A DNA stretch of 43,999 nt from Candidatus Rokubacteria bacterium RIFCSPLOWO2_02_FULL_72_37 (lineage in GTDB: Bacteria; Methylomirabilota; Methylomirabilia; Rokubacteriales; CSP1-6): contig MGCE01000066.1 of the NCBI GenBank assembly GCA_001790315.1, forward strand, positions 1 through 43,999. Direction: 5' to 3'. The position numbers and the translations under genes were made by a program. The notes under the pieces were generated by a model. That model made no database searches, was not told the DNA's origin, and saw only the letters and a program-made list of their open reading frames with translations. Positions 16,492 to 26,367 of the stretch are shown in pieces (position 1 is the first letter of the stretch; every line of letters begins with the position of its first letter).

Positions 16492-18023
16492 CCGGGCGCC
16501 GCTTCGTCCTGGCCCTCGACCAGGGCACGACGGGCTCGACCGGGCTCGTGGTGGACCCCGAGGGCCAGGTGCGCGCCCGGGGCTATGCCGAGCTCCCGCA
16601 GCACTTCCCGCGGCCCGGCTGGGTCGAGCACGACCCGGGCGAGATCTGGGCCAGCGTCGAGCGCGCCGGCCGCGCGGCGCTCGCCGAGGCGCGCGTGACG
16701 GGCGGCGAGATCGCCGCGATCGGCATCACCAACCAGCGCGAGACGACGATCGTGTGGGACCGCGCCACCGGCGCCCCGATCCACCCGGCGATCGTCTGGC
16801 AGTGCCGGCGCACGGCGTCGCTGTGCGACCGGCTGCGGGCCGAGGGTGTCGAGCCGCTTTTCCGTGAGCGCACCGGGCTCGTCCTCGACGCGTACTTCTC
16901 GGGCACGAAGATCCGCTGGCTGCTCGACGAGGTCGCCGGCATGCGCGCGCGCGCCGAGCGCGGCGAGCTCGCGTTCGGCACCGTGGACGCCTGGCTCCTG
17001 TGGAAGCTCACCGGCGGACGCGTGCACGCGACCGACGTCACGAACGCCTCCCGGACGCTGTGCCTCGCCCTCCGGAGCGCCGACTGGGACGACGAGCTGC
17101 TCGGGATCCTCGGCGTCCCCCGCGCGGTGCTGCCCACCGTCGTTGCCTCCTCGGGCGTCGTCGCCGAGACCGCGGACCTGGGCTGGCTGCCGGGCGGTGT
17201 GCCGATCGCCGGCATCGCGGGCGACCAGCAGGCGGCGCTCTTCGGCCAGGCCTGTCACGCGCGTGGGCGCGCGAAGAACACCTACGGCACCGGCTGCTTC
17301 ATCCTGCTCAACACGGGCGCCGTCCCCGTCGCCTCGGCGCACGGCCTGGTGACGACGATCGCCTGGCGGATCGGCGCCGAGACGACCTACGCGCTCGAGG
17401 GCAGCGTGTTCATCGCCGGCGCGGCGATCCAGTGGCTGCGCGACGGGCTCGGCGTCATCCGGAGCGCGGCGGAGAGCGAGACGCTCGCGCGCTCGGTCGC
17501 CGACACGGGCGGCGTCTATTTCGTGCCCGCCTTCGTGGGGCTCGGCGCGCCCCACTGGGACATGTACGCCCGCGGCACGATCGTCGGCCTGACCCGGGGC
17601 ACGACCGCGGCGCACCTGGCGCGCGCCGCGCTCGAGGCGATCGCGTACCAGAGCCGTGACGTGCTGGACGCCATGACCGCCGACGCGGGCCTGGCCGCCG
17701 ACGAGCTCCGCGTGGACGGCGGCGCTGCGGCCAACGACCTCCTCTGCCAGTTCCAGGCCGACATCCTCGACCGCGCGGTGCTCCGCCCGCGCGTGATCGA
17801 GACGACCTCGCTCGGCGCCGCGTACCTGGCCGGGCTCGGCGCCGGTGTGTGGCGGACCCTCGACGACGTCGGGCGCCGCTGGGTGGTCGAGCGGCGCTTC
17901 GAGCCCGCGATGCCGGCGGCGGCGCGCGCCGAGCGCTACGCTGGCTGGTGCCGTGCCGTCGAGCGCGCGCGAAGCTCCGCGTCCGATCCGGGGACGGCGG
18001 TTGTGCCGAACCAACGGAGGTGA
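16488..18023 (+). CDS. glpK: Glycerol kinase
   Basis: 511 aa, ATGA overlap with the preceding gene. Motifs: [41 protein letters not shown]. Confidence 0.93.
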   Translation: MTGRRFVLALDQGTTGSTGLVVDPEGQVRARGYAELPQHFPRPGWVEHDPGEIWASVERAGRAALAEARVTGGEIAAIGITNQRETTIVWDRATGAPIHPAIVWQCRRTASLCDRLRAEGVEPLFRERTGLVLDAYFSGTKIRWLLDEVAGMRARAERGELAFGTVDAWLLWKLTGGRVHATDVTNASRTLCLALRSADWDDELLGILGVPRAVLPTVVASSGVVAETADLGWLPGGVPIAGIAGDQQAALFGQACHARGRAKNTYGTGCFILLNTGAVPVASAHGLVTTIAWRIGAETTYALEGSVFIAGAAIQWLRDGLGVIRSAAESETLARSVADTGGVYFVPAFVGLGAPHWDMYARGTIVGLTRGTTAAHLARAALEAIAYQSRDVLDAMTADAGLAADELRVDGGAAANDLLCQFQADILDRAVLRPRVIETTSLGAAYLAGLGAGVWRTLDDVGRRWVVERRFEPAMPAAARAERYAGWCRAVERARSSASDPGTAVVPNQRR

Positions 18024-18063
18024 CGACCGACAGAAGCTCGGCAAAACGAGCACTTGCCGCGGC

Positions 18064-18092
18064 TTGCCCGGTCGGGACGGATGTGCTAGTGT
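18064..18092 (+). promoter_or_regulatory. Candidate promoter for the atpZ-atpI-atpB-atpE unit (TTGCCC-17 nt-TGcTAGTGT)
   Basis: TTGCCC at 18064..18069, a 17-nt spacer whose last three bases are TGc (18084..18086), and TAGTGT at 18087..18092. The atpZ ATG at 18103 is 10 nt after the -10. The intervening TCCTCTTCAC has no Shine-Dalgarno, suggesting a very short or absent leader. Confidence 0.35.
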
Positions 18093-18102
18093 TCCTCTTC
18101 AC

Positions 18103-18339
18103 ATGGCGCCGGACGAACAGCCGTCGTCCTGGAAGGGCGCTGCCGACGTCGCCCAGATCGGGATGACGCTGGTGGTGGCCACCGTCATCGGCCTCGGCCT
18201 CGGCTACTACGCGGATCGGTGGTTGGGCACGGCGCCGTGGCTCACGCTGGTCGGTCTCGGGTTCGGAATCGCCGCCGGGTTCGTGAACATCTTTCGGACG
18301 GTGCGGAGGCTCGGACAGGATCGGAATGACGCCGAGTGA
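18103..18339 (+). CDS. atpZ: AtpZ/AtpI2-like small membrane protein (putative F0F1-ATPase accessory subunit)
   Basis: 78 aa with two TM helices. GMTLVVATVIGLGLGYYADRWLGTAPWLTLVGLGFGIAAGFVNIFR matches the pattern of the small protein that precedes atpI in many split atp operons. Confidence 0.7.
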   Translation: MAPDEQPSSWKGAADVAQIGMTLVVATVIGLGLGYYADRWLGTAPWLTLVGLGFGIAAGFVNIFRTVRRLGQDRNDAE

Positions 18340-18697
18340 GTTCGGAGCACGGGTGATGATCGGCGGCGCGCTCGCGGGGAGTGTGCTCGCGCTGCTCGCG
18401 GCCTGGGGCTGGGGCGCCCACGCCTTCGGCGGGGTCGCGGTGGGAGCCGCCGTCGCTTTGCTCAACTTCGCCTGGCTGGCCAGGGGCGTGGCCCTCGTCG
18501 CCGGGACAGCCGGTGGCCGTCGACCGGGCGTGCGCTGGGTCCTCGCGCTCGGGACGCGTTACCTGCTCACGTTCACGGCGCTCGCCACGCCCGTCGCGCT
18601 CGAGTGGGCGCACCCGGTTGCGCTCGGCCTCGGCGTCACGGTGCTGCCGCTCCTGCTCACGACGCAGGGCCTGCACGCGGCGCGGCGGATGGGTTGA
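18326..18697 (+). CDS. atpI: ATP synthase protein I
   Basis: 123 aa, hydrophobic with four predicted helices. Located between atpZ and atpB, with a 14-nt overlap with atpZ. Confidence 0.65.
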   Translation: MTPSEFGARVMIGGALAGSVLALLAAWGWGAHAFGGVAVGAAVALLNFAWLARGVALVAGTAGGRRPGVRWVLALGTRYLLTFTALATPVALEWAHPVALGLGVTVLPLLLTTQGLHAARRMG

Positions 18698-18700
18698 GCG

Positions 18701-19477
18701 ATGGGCGCGATCGAGCACCCGCCGATCTTCCAGCTCCCCGGCATTCCCGACTTCGTCACGCACACGTGGTTCATCATGATCGGGCTGGCCGTCGTCGCTT
18801 TCGTCGCCTCGCGCAACGTGCAGCTCGTCCCGCACGGCCTCCAGAACTTCTTCGAGGTCGTTCTCGAGCAGTTCGTCACGCTCGTGGACGATCTCATCGG
18901 GCACGAGGGCCGGCCCTACCTGCCGCTCGTCGCCACGCTCGGCATCTACATCCTGCTGGCCAACCTGCTCGGCCTCGTCCCCGGGCTGATGTCGCCGACG
19001 GCCAGCCTCAACACGACCGCCGCGTGCGCGATCATCGTGTTCCTCGTGTACCACTGGATCGGCATCCGGAAACAGGGCCTGGTGAGCTATTTCAAGCACT
19101 TCATGGGTCCGGTGGTGTGGCTGGCGCCGCTGATGCTGCCGATCGAGTTCATCAGCCACCTCGCGCGGCCGCTCTCGCTCTCGCTCCGGCTCTTCGGCAA
19201 CATGACCGGCGGGCACATCCTGCTCGCCGCGATGTTCTTCCTGATGGGGCTCGATGGCCTGTTCGGCTGGGCGCTGTCGGGCAGCGTGGCCGGCCTCACC
19301 GTCGGGGGTCTCGTCGGACTCCTCATGTTCGTGTTCGTCCTGGCCTTCCTGATCCCGCTGAAGATCCTGGTGTCGCTGATCCAGGCCTTCGTGTTCGTGA
19401 TGCTGACTTGCCTGTATATTGCCGGGGCGCTCGAGGAAGCCGAGCACCACGGCGAGTCCCACGCAGAGCACCACTGA
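18701..19477 (+). CDS. atpB: F-type ATP synthase F0 subunit a
   Basis: 258 aa. LSLSLRLFGNMTGGH contains the conserved essential arginine. Confidence 0.92.
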   Translation: MGAIEHPPIFQLPGIPDFVTHTWFIMIGLAVVAFVASRNVQLVPHGLQNFFEVVLEQFVTLVDDLIGHEGRPYLPLVATLGIYILLANLLGLVPGLMSPTASLNTTAACAIIVFLVYHWIGIRKQGLVSYFKHFMGPVVWLAPLMLPIEFISHLARPLSLSLRLFGNMTGGHILLAAMFFLMGLDGLFGWALSGSVAGLTVGGLVGLLMFVFVLAFLIPLKILVSLIQAFVFVMLTCLYIAGALEEAEHHGESHAEHH

Positions 19478-19503
19478 CAGCCCACACAGAGGAGGAGACG
19501 CTC

Positions 19504-19821
19504 GTGCGACGCATACTGCTCGTCATCGGTCTGGCGATTCTCGGCTCCCCGGGCCTCGCGCTCGCCGCGGAGGGCGCTGCCCCGGCCGGCAGCCTGAACG
19601 CCCCCTTCGGGTTCCTCGCCGCAGGTATCGGTCTGGCCATCGCGGCAGGGCTCTGCGGCCTCGGACAGGGGCGGGCGGCGGCGGCCGCGGTCGACGCGAT
19701 GGCGCGCCAGCCGGGCGTGGCCCAGCGCGTCTTCACCGCGATGCTCCTCGGGCTCGCCTTCATCGAGTCCCTCACGCTGTACATGTTCGTCATCGCGATC
19801 ATCCTGGTCCTCAAGTTCTGA
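19504..19821 (+). CDS. atpE: F-type ATP synthase F0 subunit c, with an N-terminal signal-peptide-like extension
   Basis: GTG at 19504, preceded by GAGGAGGAG. Translation: VRRILLVIGLAILGSPGLALAAEG..., then the c-subunit hairpin GLGQGRAAAAAVDAMARQPGVAQRVFTAMLLGLAFIESLTLYMFVIAIILV. 105 aa, versus roughly 70-90 aa for typical c subunits. Confidence 0.88.
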   Translation: MRRILLVIGLAILGSPGLALAAEGAAPAGSLNAPFGFLAAGIGLAIAAGLCGLGQGRAAAAAVDAMARQPGVAQRVFTAMLLGLAFIESLTLYMFVIAIILVLKF

Positions 19822-19840
19822 GAAGCTGACGATACCGGTC

Positions 19841-19868
19841 GGGCGGAAGCGCCTGCGCGCCTCCGCCC
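19841..19868 (+). terminator. GC-rich hairpin after atpE (possible terminator or attenuator; no U-tract)
   Basis: GGGCGGAAGCGC-CTGC-GCGCCTCCGCCC forms a 12-position stem with one mismatch and a 4-nt loop. It begins 20 nt after the atpE stop and is followed by GTTCCGGC rather than a T-run. Confidence 0.3.
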
Positions 19869-19881
19869 GTTCCGGCACGCG

Positions 19882-20532
19882 ATGCCGAGGCGCCCGAGCT
19901 ACCGACTTCCGAAGATCCCCGAGATGACGATCCGTCGTCTCTCGGTCTACACGCGCTGTCTGCTCCAGCTCGAGGAAGACGGGGTGAAGACGGTCTCCTC
20001 GCAGGAGCTGGCCGAGCGCTTCAATCTGAACTCGGCCCAGGTCCGGAAGGACCTCGCGTACTTCGGCGAGTTCGGCGTCAGGGGCATCGGCTACTACGTT
20101 TCGGGCCTCAAGGCCGAGCTCCAGCGCATCCTCGGCCTGGACCGCGAGTGGACAGTGGCGCTGGTCGGCTTCGGCAACCTGGGCTCCGCGCTCTTTCACT
20201 ACAAGGGGTTCGGGCGCCAGGGCTTCCGCATCGCCGCGATCTTCGACGACGACCCCGGCAAGATCGGCCGCGCCGTCGATTCGACGCCCGTATTCTCGAG
20301 CCACGACATCGGGCGCGAGATCAAGGCGCGGGGAATCCAGATCGCCATCGTCGCCGTCCCGCCCGAGGCGGCGCCGGCGGTGACCGATCAGCTCGTCGAG
20401 GCCGGCATCCGCGCGATCCTCAACTTCGCGCCGGCGCGGCTCAAGGCGCCGAAGGACGTGCGGCTCAAGAACGTCGACCTCTCGATCGAGCTCGAGACCC
20501 TGAGCTTCTACCTCGCCAGGAGCACCCGGTAG
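19882..20532 (+). CDS. rex: Redox-sensing transcriptional repressor Rex
   Basis: 216 aa. IPEMTIRRLSVYTRCL and VSSQELAERFNLNSAQVRKDLAYFGEFGVRGIGY form the winged helix. VALVGFGNLGSAL is the NAD(H) Rossmann motif. ILNFAP and DLSIELETLSFYL are also present. Confidence 0.9.
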   Translation: MPRRPSYRLPKIPEMTIRRLSVYTRCLLQLEEDGVKTVSSQELAERFNLNSAQVRKDLAYFGEFGVRGIGYYVSGLKAELQRILGLDREWTVALVGFGNLGSALFHYKGFGRQGFRIAAIFDDDPGKIGRAVDSTPVFSSHDIGREIKARGIQIAIVAVPPEAAPAVTDQLVEAGIRAILNFAPARLKAPKDVRLKNVDLSIELETLSFYLARSTR

Positions 20533-20557
20533 TCTGGTAGGCTCGGAGTCGTTTCCG

Positions 20558-23500
20558 ATGTTGACCGACTGGCCGCCGTTTCAGGCCCTCGCGAAAGCCT
20601 TCGCCGAGGGACGCCCTTGTCTGCGGGTCGCCGGACTCCAGGGGGCGGCGCGCGGGATCGCCGTGGCCGAGCTGCTTCAGACGGCCCCGCGCCCCGCCCT
20701 GCTGCTCGTTCCCGGGATGCAGGACGCTCATCGTTGGGCCCAGGATCTCCGGTTCTTCGGCGCCGCCGTCGTCGAGTTCCCGGAAACGGAGCCGCGCCTG
20801 TGGCGCGGCGGGCGCCAGCGCGAGGCGGACGCGGAGCGGGCGCTCGCCGCGCGGCGCCTCGCCGCGGGCGAGCCCGTCGTCGTCGTCGCGACCCCGGCGG
20901 CCCTCGACGTCGGGCTGGCTGCGCCCGCCGAGTTCGCCGCCCGGTCGGTGCGGCTCGGCGTCGGGGATCGCCTGGACCGCGAGCTGCTGCTCGAGGCGCT
21001 CGAGCACGCGGGCTACGAGCGCGTGGAGACGGTCGTCGAGGTGGGACAGTGGAGCCTGCGAGGCGGCATCGTGGACGTGTTCACGCCCGCACACCCGAAC
21101 CCGGCCCGGCTCGAGTTCCTCGGCGACGACGTCGAGTCGATCCGTCTCTTCGATCCGACCTCGCAGCGCTCGATCGCCGCGCTCGACGAGCTGGTCGTCG
21201 TGTCCCTCGCGATCCCGGAGCCGGCCGCGGGCACCGGTCTCCTCGACTATCTGCCGGGGGCGGCGGCGGTCGTGGTGGACACGCCGAGCCTGCTCGACGC
21301 CGGGGCCGACGAGGCGCCGACGCGCGCGCCGCTCCGCGAGCGGCTCGCTGGACGGCAGCTGGTCGAGCTCGTCGTCGTCGCCGGAACGTCCGGCGGGCCG
21401 GGCGACGCGCCGGCTGTCGACCTCACGCTCGAGACGCACGCGGTCCCCCAATTCGCCGGCCGGTTCGCGCAGCTCGGCACGCAGCTGACGCGCTGGCGCG
21501 CCGAGGGGTTCCGCGTGCGGCTGGTGGCCCAGGACGCGCGACAGGCGGATCACCTGCGGCAGATCCTGCGCGAGCACGACATCGAGGTGGCGGCGGCCCC
21601 GGGGCTCGCGGGCGAGGCCGGGTCCGCCGTGCTGGTCGGGGAGTGCTCCGGCGGCTTCACGATCCCCGCGCTCGGGCTCGTCGTGCTCACCGAGGGCGAG
21701 ATCTTCGGCGCCCGGCGGCGCTCGCTCCGCCGGCCGAAGTACCAGCGCGGCGCCGCGCTTACGGCGTTCACCGATCTCGGGATCGGCGACATCGTGGTCC
21801 ACGAGGACCACGGCCTCGGGCGGTATCTGGGACTGCGCACGATGACGATCGGCGGCCGGGAGGGCGACTTCCTCGTGCTCGAGTACGCCGAGGGCAACCA
21901 GCTCTACCTGCCGGTCGAGCGCCTGGATCTCGTGTCGAAGTATCTCGGCGGCGACGAGGGCGCGGCGAAGCTCGACCGGCTGGGCGGCGCCGCGTGGCAG
22001 CGGGTCAAGGAATCGGTGCGCGCGGCCCTGCGCGAGATGGCCGAGGAGCTCCTCCGGCTCTACGCCCGGCGCGCCGTCGCCGACGGTCATGCGTTCTCGA
22101 CGGACGCGCCCTGGCAGCGGGAGTTCGAGGCGGCATTCCGGTTCGAGGAGACGGCCGATCAGCTCCGGGCGATCGACGATGTCAAGGGCGACATGCAGTC
22201 GCCCCGCCCGATGGATCGCCTGGTCGCGGGCGACGTCGGCTACGGCAAGACCGAGGTCGCCCTGCGCGCCGCCTTCAAGGCGGTCGCGGACGGCCTCCAG
22301 GTCGCCGTCCTCGTGCCGACGACCGTGCTCGCGCAGCAGCACTGGTCGACGTTCGCCGACCGATTCGCGCCGTTTCCGGCGCGGGTCGAGTTGCTCTCGC
22401 GCTATCGATCGCCGAAGGAGCAGAAGGCGATCGTCGAGGGGCTCCGGCGTGGCACGGTGGACGTCGTCATCGGCACCCACCGGCTGCTCTCGAAGGACGT
22501 CGAGTTCAAGAACCTGGGGCTGCTGGTCGTCGACGAGGAGCACCGGTTCGGCGTCGCGCACAAGGAGCGGATGAAGCAGCTTCGCGCGTCGGTGGACGTC
22601 CTCGCGCTGACCGCGACGCCGATCCCCAGGACGCTCTACATGTCGCTGTCCGGCGTGCGCGACATGTCGGTCATCGAGACGCCGCCGCTGGATCGCCTGC
22701 CGGTCGAGACGGTGATCCGGCGCTTCAGCCGCGCCGTGATCAAGGAGGCGCTCGAGCGCGAGCTCGAGCGCGGCGGCCAGGTCTTCTTCGTCCACAACCG
22801 GGTGCAGTCGCTGCCCACGATGGCCCGGTTCGTCCAGGAGCTCGTCCCCGATGCGCGCGTCATCATGGCCCACGGGCAGATGAAGGAGCGGGAGCTGGAA
22901 GCGGCGATGGTGAGATTCGTCACCGGGCAGGCCGACGTGCTGGTCTCCACGGCCATCGTGGAATCGGGGCTGGATATTCCCGCCTCGAACACGATCATCG
23001 TCAACCGCGCCGATCGCTTCGGGCTCGCGCAGCTCTACCAGCTCCGGGGCCGCGTCGGGCGCGAGCGGCAGCAGGCCTGGGCGTACCTGCTCGTGCCCGC
23101 CGACGGGCGGGTCGACGAGCGTGCGCAGCGGCGCCTGCGCGCGCTTCAAGATCTGACCGAGCTCGGCTCGGGCTTCAAGCTCGCCCTGCGCGACCTCGAG
23201 ATCCGCGGCGCCGGTAATCTCCTGGGCGCCCAGCAGCACGGGCACATCGCCGCCGTCGGCTACGATCTTTATTCGAAGCTTCTCGCCGAGGCCGTGCGAG
23301 ACTTGAGGGGCGAACCTGCGGCCGCCGCGGTCGATCCGGTGATCAGCGTGCCAGTGGAAGGCTTCCTCGCCGAGGAGTACGTCCCGGAGGTGAACCAGCG
23401 CCTCGCCCTCTACAAGCGCCTCGCCGGCGCGGCGAGCGACGCCGAGGTCGACGACCTCGCGGCGGAGCTCGCGGACCGGTTCGGCCCGCTACCCGTCGAG

Positions 23501-23770
23501 GCCGTTCAGCTCCTCGACACCGTGCGCATCCGTGTCGCCGCCCGGGCGCTCTCCGTGGAAAAGATCGAGGCCGGCGACGGCCGTGCGCTCATCACGTTCT
23601 CACCGGCGACCCCGCTCGATCCCGAGCGGCTCGTCCGCGCCATCCAGGCCAGCCGGGGGGGCCTCCGGCTCAAGCGGGAGTTCACGGTGGAGGCGACCAT
23701 CGCCGGCGGCCAGTGGCCGGCGGTGCGGGACTCCCTGCTTCGCCTGCTCGCGACCCTCGCGCGCGCATGA
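20558..23770 (+). CDS. mfd: Transcription-repair coupling factor
   Basis: 1070 aa. Motifs: [22 protein letters not shown] (Walker A), [33 protein letters not shown]. Confidence 0.93.
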   Translation: MLTDWPPFQALAKAFAEGRPCLRVAGLQGAARGIAVAELLQTAPRPALLLVPGMQDAHRWAQDLRFFGAAVVEFPETEPRLWRGGRQREADAERALAARRLAAGEPVVVVATPAALDVGLAAPAEFAARSVRLGVGDRLDRELLLEALEHAGYERVETVVEVGQWSLRGGIVDVFTPAHPNPARLEFLGDDVESIRLFDPTSQRSIAALDELVVVSLAIPEPAAGTGLLDYLPGAAAVVVDTPSLLDAGADEAPTRAPLRERLAGRQLVELVVVAGTSGGPGDAPAVDLTLETHAVPQFAGRFAQLGTQLTRWRAEGFRVRLVAQDARQADHLRQILREHDIEVAAAPGLAGEAGSAVLVGECSGGFTIPALGLVVLTEGEIFGARRRSLRRPKYQRGAALTAFTDLGIGDIVVHEDHGLGRYLGLRTMTIGGREGDFLVLEYAEGNQLYLPVERLDLVSKYLGGDEGAAKLDRLGGAAWQRVKESVRAALREMAEELLRLYARRAVADGHAFSTDAPWQREFEAAFRFEETADQLRAIDDVKGDMQSPRPMDRLVAGDVGYGKTEVALRAAFKAVADGLQVAVLVPTTVLAQQHWSTFADRFAPFPARVELLSRYRSPKEQKAIVEGLRRGTVDVVIGTHRLLSKDVEFKNLGLLVVDEEHRFGVAHKERMKQLRASVDVLALTATPIPRTLYMSLSGVRDMSVIETPPLDRLPVETVIRRFSRAVIKEALERELERGGQVFFVHNRVQSLPTMARFVQELVPDARVIMAHGQMKERELEAAMVRFVTGQADVLVSTAIVESGLDIPASNTIIVNRADRFGLAQLYQLRGRVGRERQQAWAYLLVPADGRVDERAQRRLRALQDLTELGSGFKLALRDLEIRGAGNLLGAQQHGHIAAVGYDLYSKLLAEAVRDLRGEPAAAAVDPVISVPVEGFLAEEYVPEVNQRLALYKRLAGAASDAEVDDLAAELADRFGPLPVEAVQLLDTVRIRVAARALSVEKIEAGDGRALITFSPATPLDPERLVRAIQASRGGLRLKREFTVEATIAGGQWPAVRDSLLRLLATLARA

Positions 23771-24873
23771 GACCCCGGCTCGCCGTGGCGGGCTTGCTGG
23801 CGCTCGGACTCTCCGGGTGTGCCCTGCCCGGCTGGGTGCCGTTCGTCGGCAAGAAGCCGGAGGACCCGAAGGCGAAGCCCGCACCTGCTGCGGCGACGCC
23901 TCGGCCGGCGCCGCTGCGCGCGCCCGGGCCCGCGCCGGGCGGCACGCCGTCCGAGGCGGCCGGCCGCGGGCCCGACGAGCACGTGAGCGATCGCGTCGTG
24001 GCTGTCGTCAACAATGACGCCATCACCCTCTCCGAGCTGCAGGAGGCCGTCGCGGTCTACCGGTACGAGAACCGCGACCGGACCGCGCCGACGGACGAGC
24101 TGGTCCACCAGTTCCTCACCCGGATGATCGACAATCGCCTCCAGCTCCAGGAGGCGGAGCGGGAGAAGGTCATCGTCGACGACATCGAGGTCGAGGAGGA
24201 GCTTGCCGACCGGATGAAGCGACTGAAGGTGCCCACGCGTGAGGAGTTCGACAAGCTGCTCCGCGAGCAGGGCATCACGATGGACGCGGTCAAGAAGCGC
24301 ATCCGGGACTCCCTGCGCGTCCAGCGTCTGATCAACCGGAAGGTCCGCCTCCGGGTGTCGGTGACCGAGCCGGAGATCATCGCGTACCTGGATGCCAATC
24401 GGCAGAAGCTGGAAACCGGCCTCGCCTACCATGCGCGTAACCTCTTGCTCGTCCCCGAGGGGGGCGACTCGGACGCGGCCTGGGAAGCCGCGCGCATCAC
24501 GGCGGACCTGCTGTACACTCAGCTCGTCCACGGCGCCGACTTCGTGGAGCTCGCCCGCAAGCACTCGCGCGACGCCAGCGCGAAGGACGGGGGCGATCTC
24601 GGGAGCCTGAAGCGCGGGGAGCTGGCGCAGGACGTCGAGAGCCGGATCCTGGCCCTGGAGCCGGGCGAGACCTCCAAGCCCTACCGCTCAGCACTCGGCT
24701 GGCACATCTTCAAGCTCGAGTCCAAGGAGAGCCTGGAGGGGGAGGGGCTGGAGCGAGCGAAGGCCCAGATCCGAGACATCCTGCTGCGTCAGAAGTACGA
24801 GTTGCGTCTGGACGCGTGGCTCAAGGAGATCAAGCAACGGGCGGTCATCGAAGTGCGGTTGGATCAGCCGTGA
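23767..24873 (+). CDS. SurA/PrsA-like peptidyl-prolyl isomerase lipoprotein (single parvulin domain)
   Basis: ATGA overlap with mfd. Lipobox [18 protein letters not shown], then a Pro/Ala-rich linker and a SurA-N-like region (VVAVVNNDAITLSEL). Parvulin segment: FVELARKHSRDASAKDGGDLGSLKRGEL...GWHIFKLES. Confidence 0.75.
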   Translation: MRPRLAVAGLLALGLSGCALPGWVPFVGKKPEDPKAKPAPAAATPRPAPLRAPGPAPGGTPSEAAGRGPDEHVSDRVVAVVNNDAITLSELQEAVAVYRYENRDRTAPTDELVHQFLTRMIDNRLQLQEAEREKVIVDDIEVEEELADRMKRLKVPTREEFDKLLREQGITMDAVKKRIRDSLRVQRLINRKVRLRVSVTEPEIIAYLDANRQKLETGLAYHARNLLLVPEGGDSDAAWEAARITADLLYTQLVHGADFVELARKHSRDASAKDGGDLGSLKRGELAQDVESRILALEPGETSKPYRSALGWHIFKLESKESLEGEGLERAKAQIRDILLRQKYELRLDAWLKEIKQRAVIEVRLDQP

Positions 24874-24880
24874 AAAGACG

Positions 24881-24930
24881 TTGACAATTCGCCTACCGGG
24901 TGGGACGATAACGCTCAGCGTTACCGTCCC
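24881..24930 (+). promoter_or_regulatory. Region upstream of rho: a perfect TTGACA hexamer followed by a 29-nt near-perfect palindrome
   Basis: TTGACA at 24881..24886. GGGACGATAACGC-TCA-GCGTTACCGTCCC at 24902..24930 forms a 13-position stem with one mismatch. No clean -10 lies at 17-nt spacing (best candidate GATAAC at 19 nt). The region sits in the 138-nt gap before the rho ATG at 25012. Confidence 0.3.
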
Positions 24931-25011
24931 AACCCCGCAGATACCCTGCGCATACTGTGTAACCGACTCACATGAAGTGCGGCGCCGAGACGCCGCGCCC
25001 GGAGCCCGCTG

Positions 25012-26328
25012 ATGAGCGCCCGCCGAGAACGAGGCCAAGGAAACCAGACCCAGAGCGCCGAAGCGCCGAGCGGAATGAACCTGTCCGAGCTCAAGGAGAA
25101 GAGCATCCCCGATCTGAACCAGATCGCCCGCGAGCTGAACGTCCAGAACCTCGGGGGGCTCCGCAAGCAGGAGCTGATCTTCAAGATCCTCCAGTCGCAG
25201 GCGGAGAAAGACGGGCTGATCTTCGCCGAAGGCGTGCTCGAGGTCCTGCCGGACGGATTCGGGTTCCTCCGCGCCCCGGACTACAACTACCTCCCCGGCC
25301 CCGACGACATCTACGTGTCACCCTCACAGATCCGGCGGTTCGATCTCAGGACCGGCGACACCATTTCGGGCCAGGTGCGGCCCCCCAAGGACAGCGAGCG
25401 GTACTTCGCGCTCCTGAAGGTCGAGGCGATCAACTTCGAGACGCCGGACCAGGCCCGCGAGAAGATCTTCTTCGACAACCTCACGCCGCTGTATCCGATG
25501 GAGCGGCTGCAGCTCGAGCACGATCCGGAGAACCTGACGACGCGGGTGATGGACCTGCTCTGCCCGATCGGCAAGGGCCAGCGCGGCATGATCGTGGCGG
25601 CCCCGCGCACGGGCAAGACGATGATGCTGCAATCCATCGCCCACGCGATCGCGGCGAATCACCCCGAGGTCTACCTGATCGTTCTCCTGATCGACGAGCG
25701 GCCGGAAGAAGTCACCGACATGCAGCGGACCGTCAAGGGAGAGGTCATCTCCTCCACCTTCGACGAGCCGCCGCAGCGCCACATCCAGGTCGCCGACATG
25801 GTCATCGAGAAGGCCAAGCGTCTGGTCGAGCACAAGCGTGACGTGGTCATCCTGCTCGACTCGCTCACGCGGTTCGCCCGCGCCCACAACGCGATCATCC
25901 CATCCTCGGGCAAGGTGCTGTCCGGGGGTCTCGACGCGAACGCGCTACAGCGCCCCCGCCGCTTCTTTGCCGCGGCGCGGAACATCGAGGAGGGCGGCTC
26001 GCTCACCATCCTGGCCACGGCCATCGTCGACACCGGCAGCCGCATGGACGACGTAATCTTCGAGGAGTTCAAGGGCACGGGCAACATGGAGGTGCACCTG
26101 GACCGTCGGCTCATGGACAAGCGCATCTTCCCGACGATCAACATCGAGCAGTCGGGGACGCGGAAGGAAGAGCTGCTGCTCGAGAAGGACGAGCTCCAGA
26201 AGGTCTGGCTGCTACGCAAGGCCCTCTCTCAGCTCAATCCGGTCGAGGGCATGGAGCTGTTGCTGGACAAGCTCAAGCTGACCCGCTCCAACAAGGAGTT
26301 CCTGGCCTCGATGCACTCGATGGGCTAG
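25012..26328 (+). CDS. rho: Transcription termination factor Rho
   Basis: 438 aa. Motifs: [18 protein letters not shown] (N-terminal helix bundle), GFGFLR (RNA-binding), [19 protein letters not shown] (Walker A), [14 protein letters not shown]. An alternative start exists at the internal ATG at 25072 (MNLSELK...). Confidence 0.93.
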   Translation: MSARRERGQGNQTQSAEAPSGMNLSELKEKSIPDLNQIARELNVQNLGGLRKQELIFKILQSQAEKDGLIFAEGVLEVLPDGFGFLRAPDYNYLPGPDDIYVSPSQIRRFDLRTGDTISGQVRPPKDSERYFALLKVEAINFETPDQAREKIFFDNLTPLYPMERLQLEHDPENLTTRVMDLLCPIGKGQRGMIVAAPRTGKTMMLQSIAHAIAANHPEVYLIVLLIDERPEEVTDMQRTVKGEVISSTFDEPPQRHIQVADMVIEKAKRLVEHKRDVVILLDSLTRFARAHNAIIPSSGKVLSGGLDANALQRPRRFFAAARNIEEGGSLTILATAIVDTGSRMDDVIFEEFKGTGNMEVHLDRRLMDKRIFPTINIEQSGTRKEELLLEKDELQKVWLLRKALSQLNPVEGMELLLDKLKLTRSNKEFLASMHSMG

Positions 26329-26367
26329 GGGCGTGGTATCCTTGGACTCTTCGAGGAGGGAGCGACC

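Noticed and set aside
18081-18104. Rex operator candidate upstream of atpZ (TGTGCTAGTGTTCCTCTTCACA)
   Set aside because: The TGTG and CACA cores span 22 nt. The TTGTGAA-N4-TTCACAA consensus spans about 16 nt. The left half-site is also poor, so spacing and sequence are both incompatible.
18103-19821. N-type ATPase operon (atpQ/atpR-like small genes preceding atpB-atpE)
   Set aside because: N-ATPase operons start with atpD-atpC and continue with atpF-atpA-G. Here glpK lies upstream and rex downstream. The arrangement fits the common split F-type layout (atpZ-atpI-atpB-atpE apart from the rest).
20535-20543. Possible extended -10 element (TGgTAGGCT) just upstream of mfd
   Set aside because: Only 3 of 6 positions match the -10 consensus, there is no -35, and only 14 nt separate it from the ATG. 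This is too weak to report as a feature.
20465-23245. Very long minus-strand ORFs antisense to real genes. This one is 926 aa opposite mfd. Others: 905..2500, 2671..3804, 4140..5714, 7304..9304, 9280..11655, 12525..13910, 16098..18053, 18242..19474, 26212..27939, 30150..31811 and 41019..42419.
   Set aside because: Their translations are dominated by Arg, Glu, Asp, His, Gly and Pro with no recognisable motifs. They lie exactly opposite confidently identified genes. In 70% GC DNA the antisense frames are stop-poor by composition alone.
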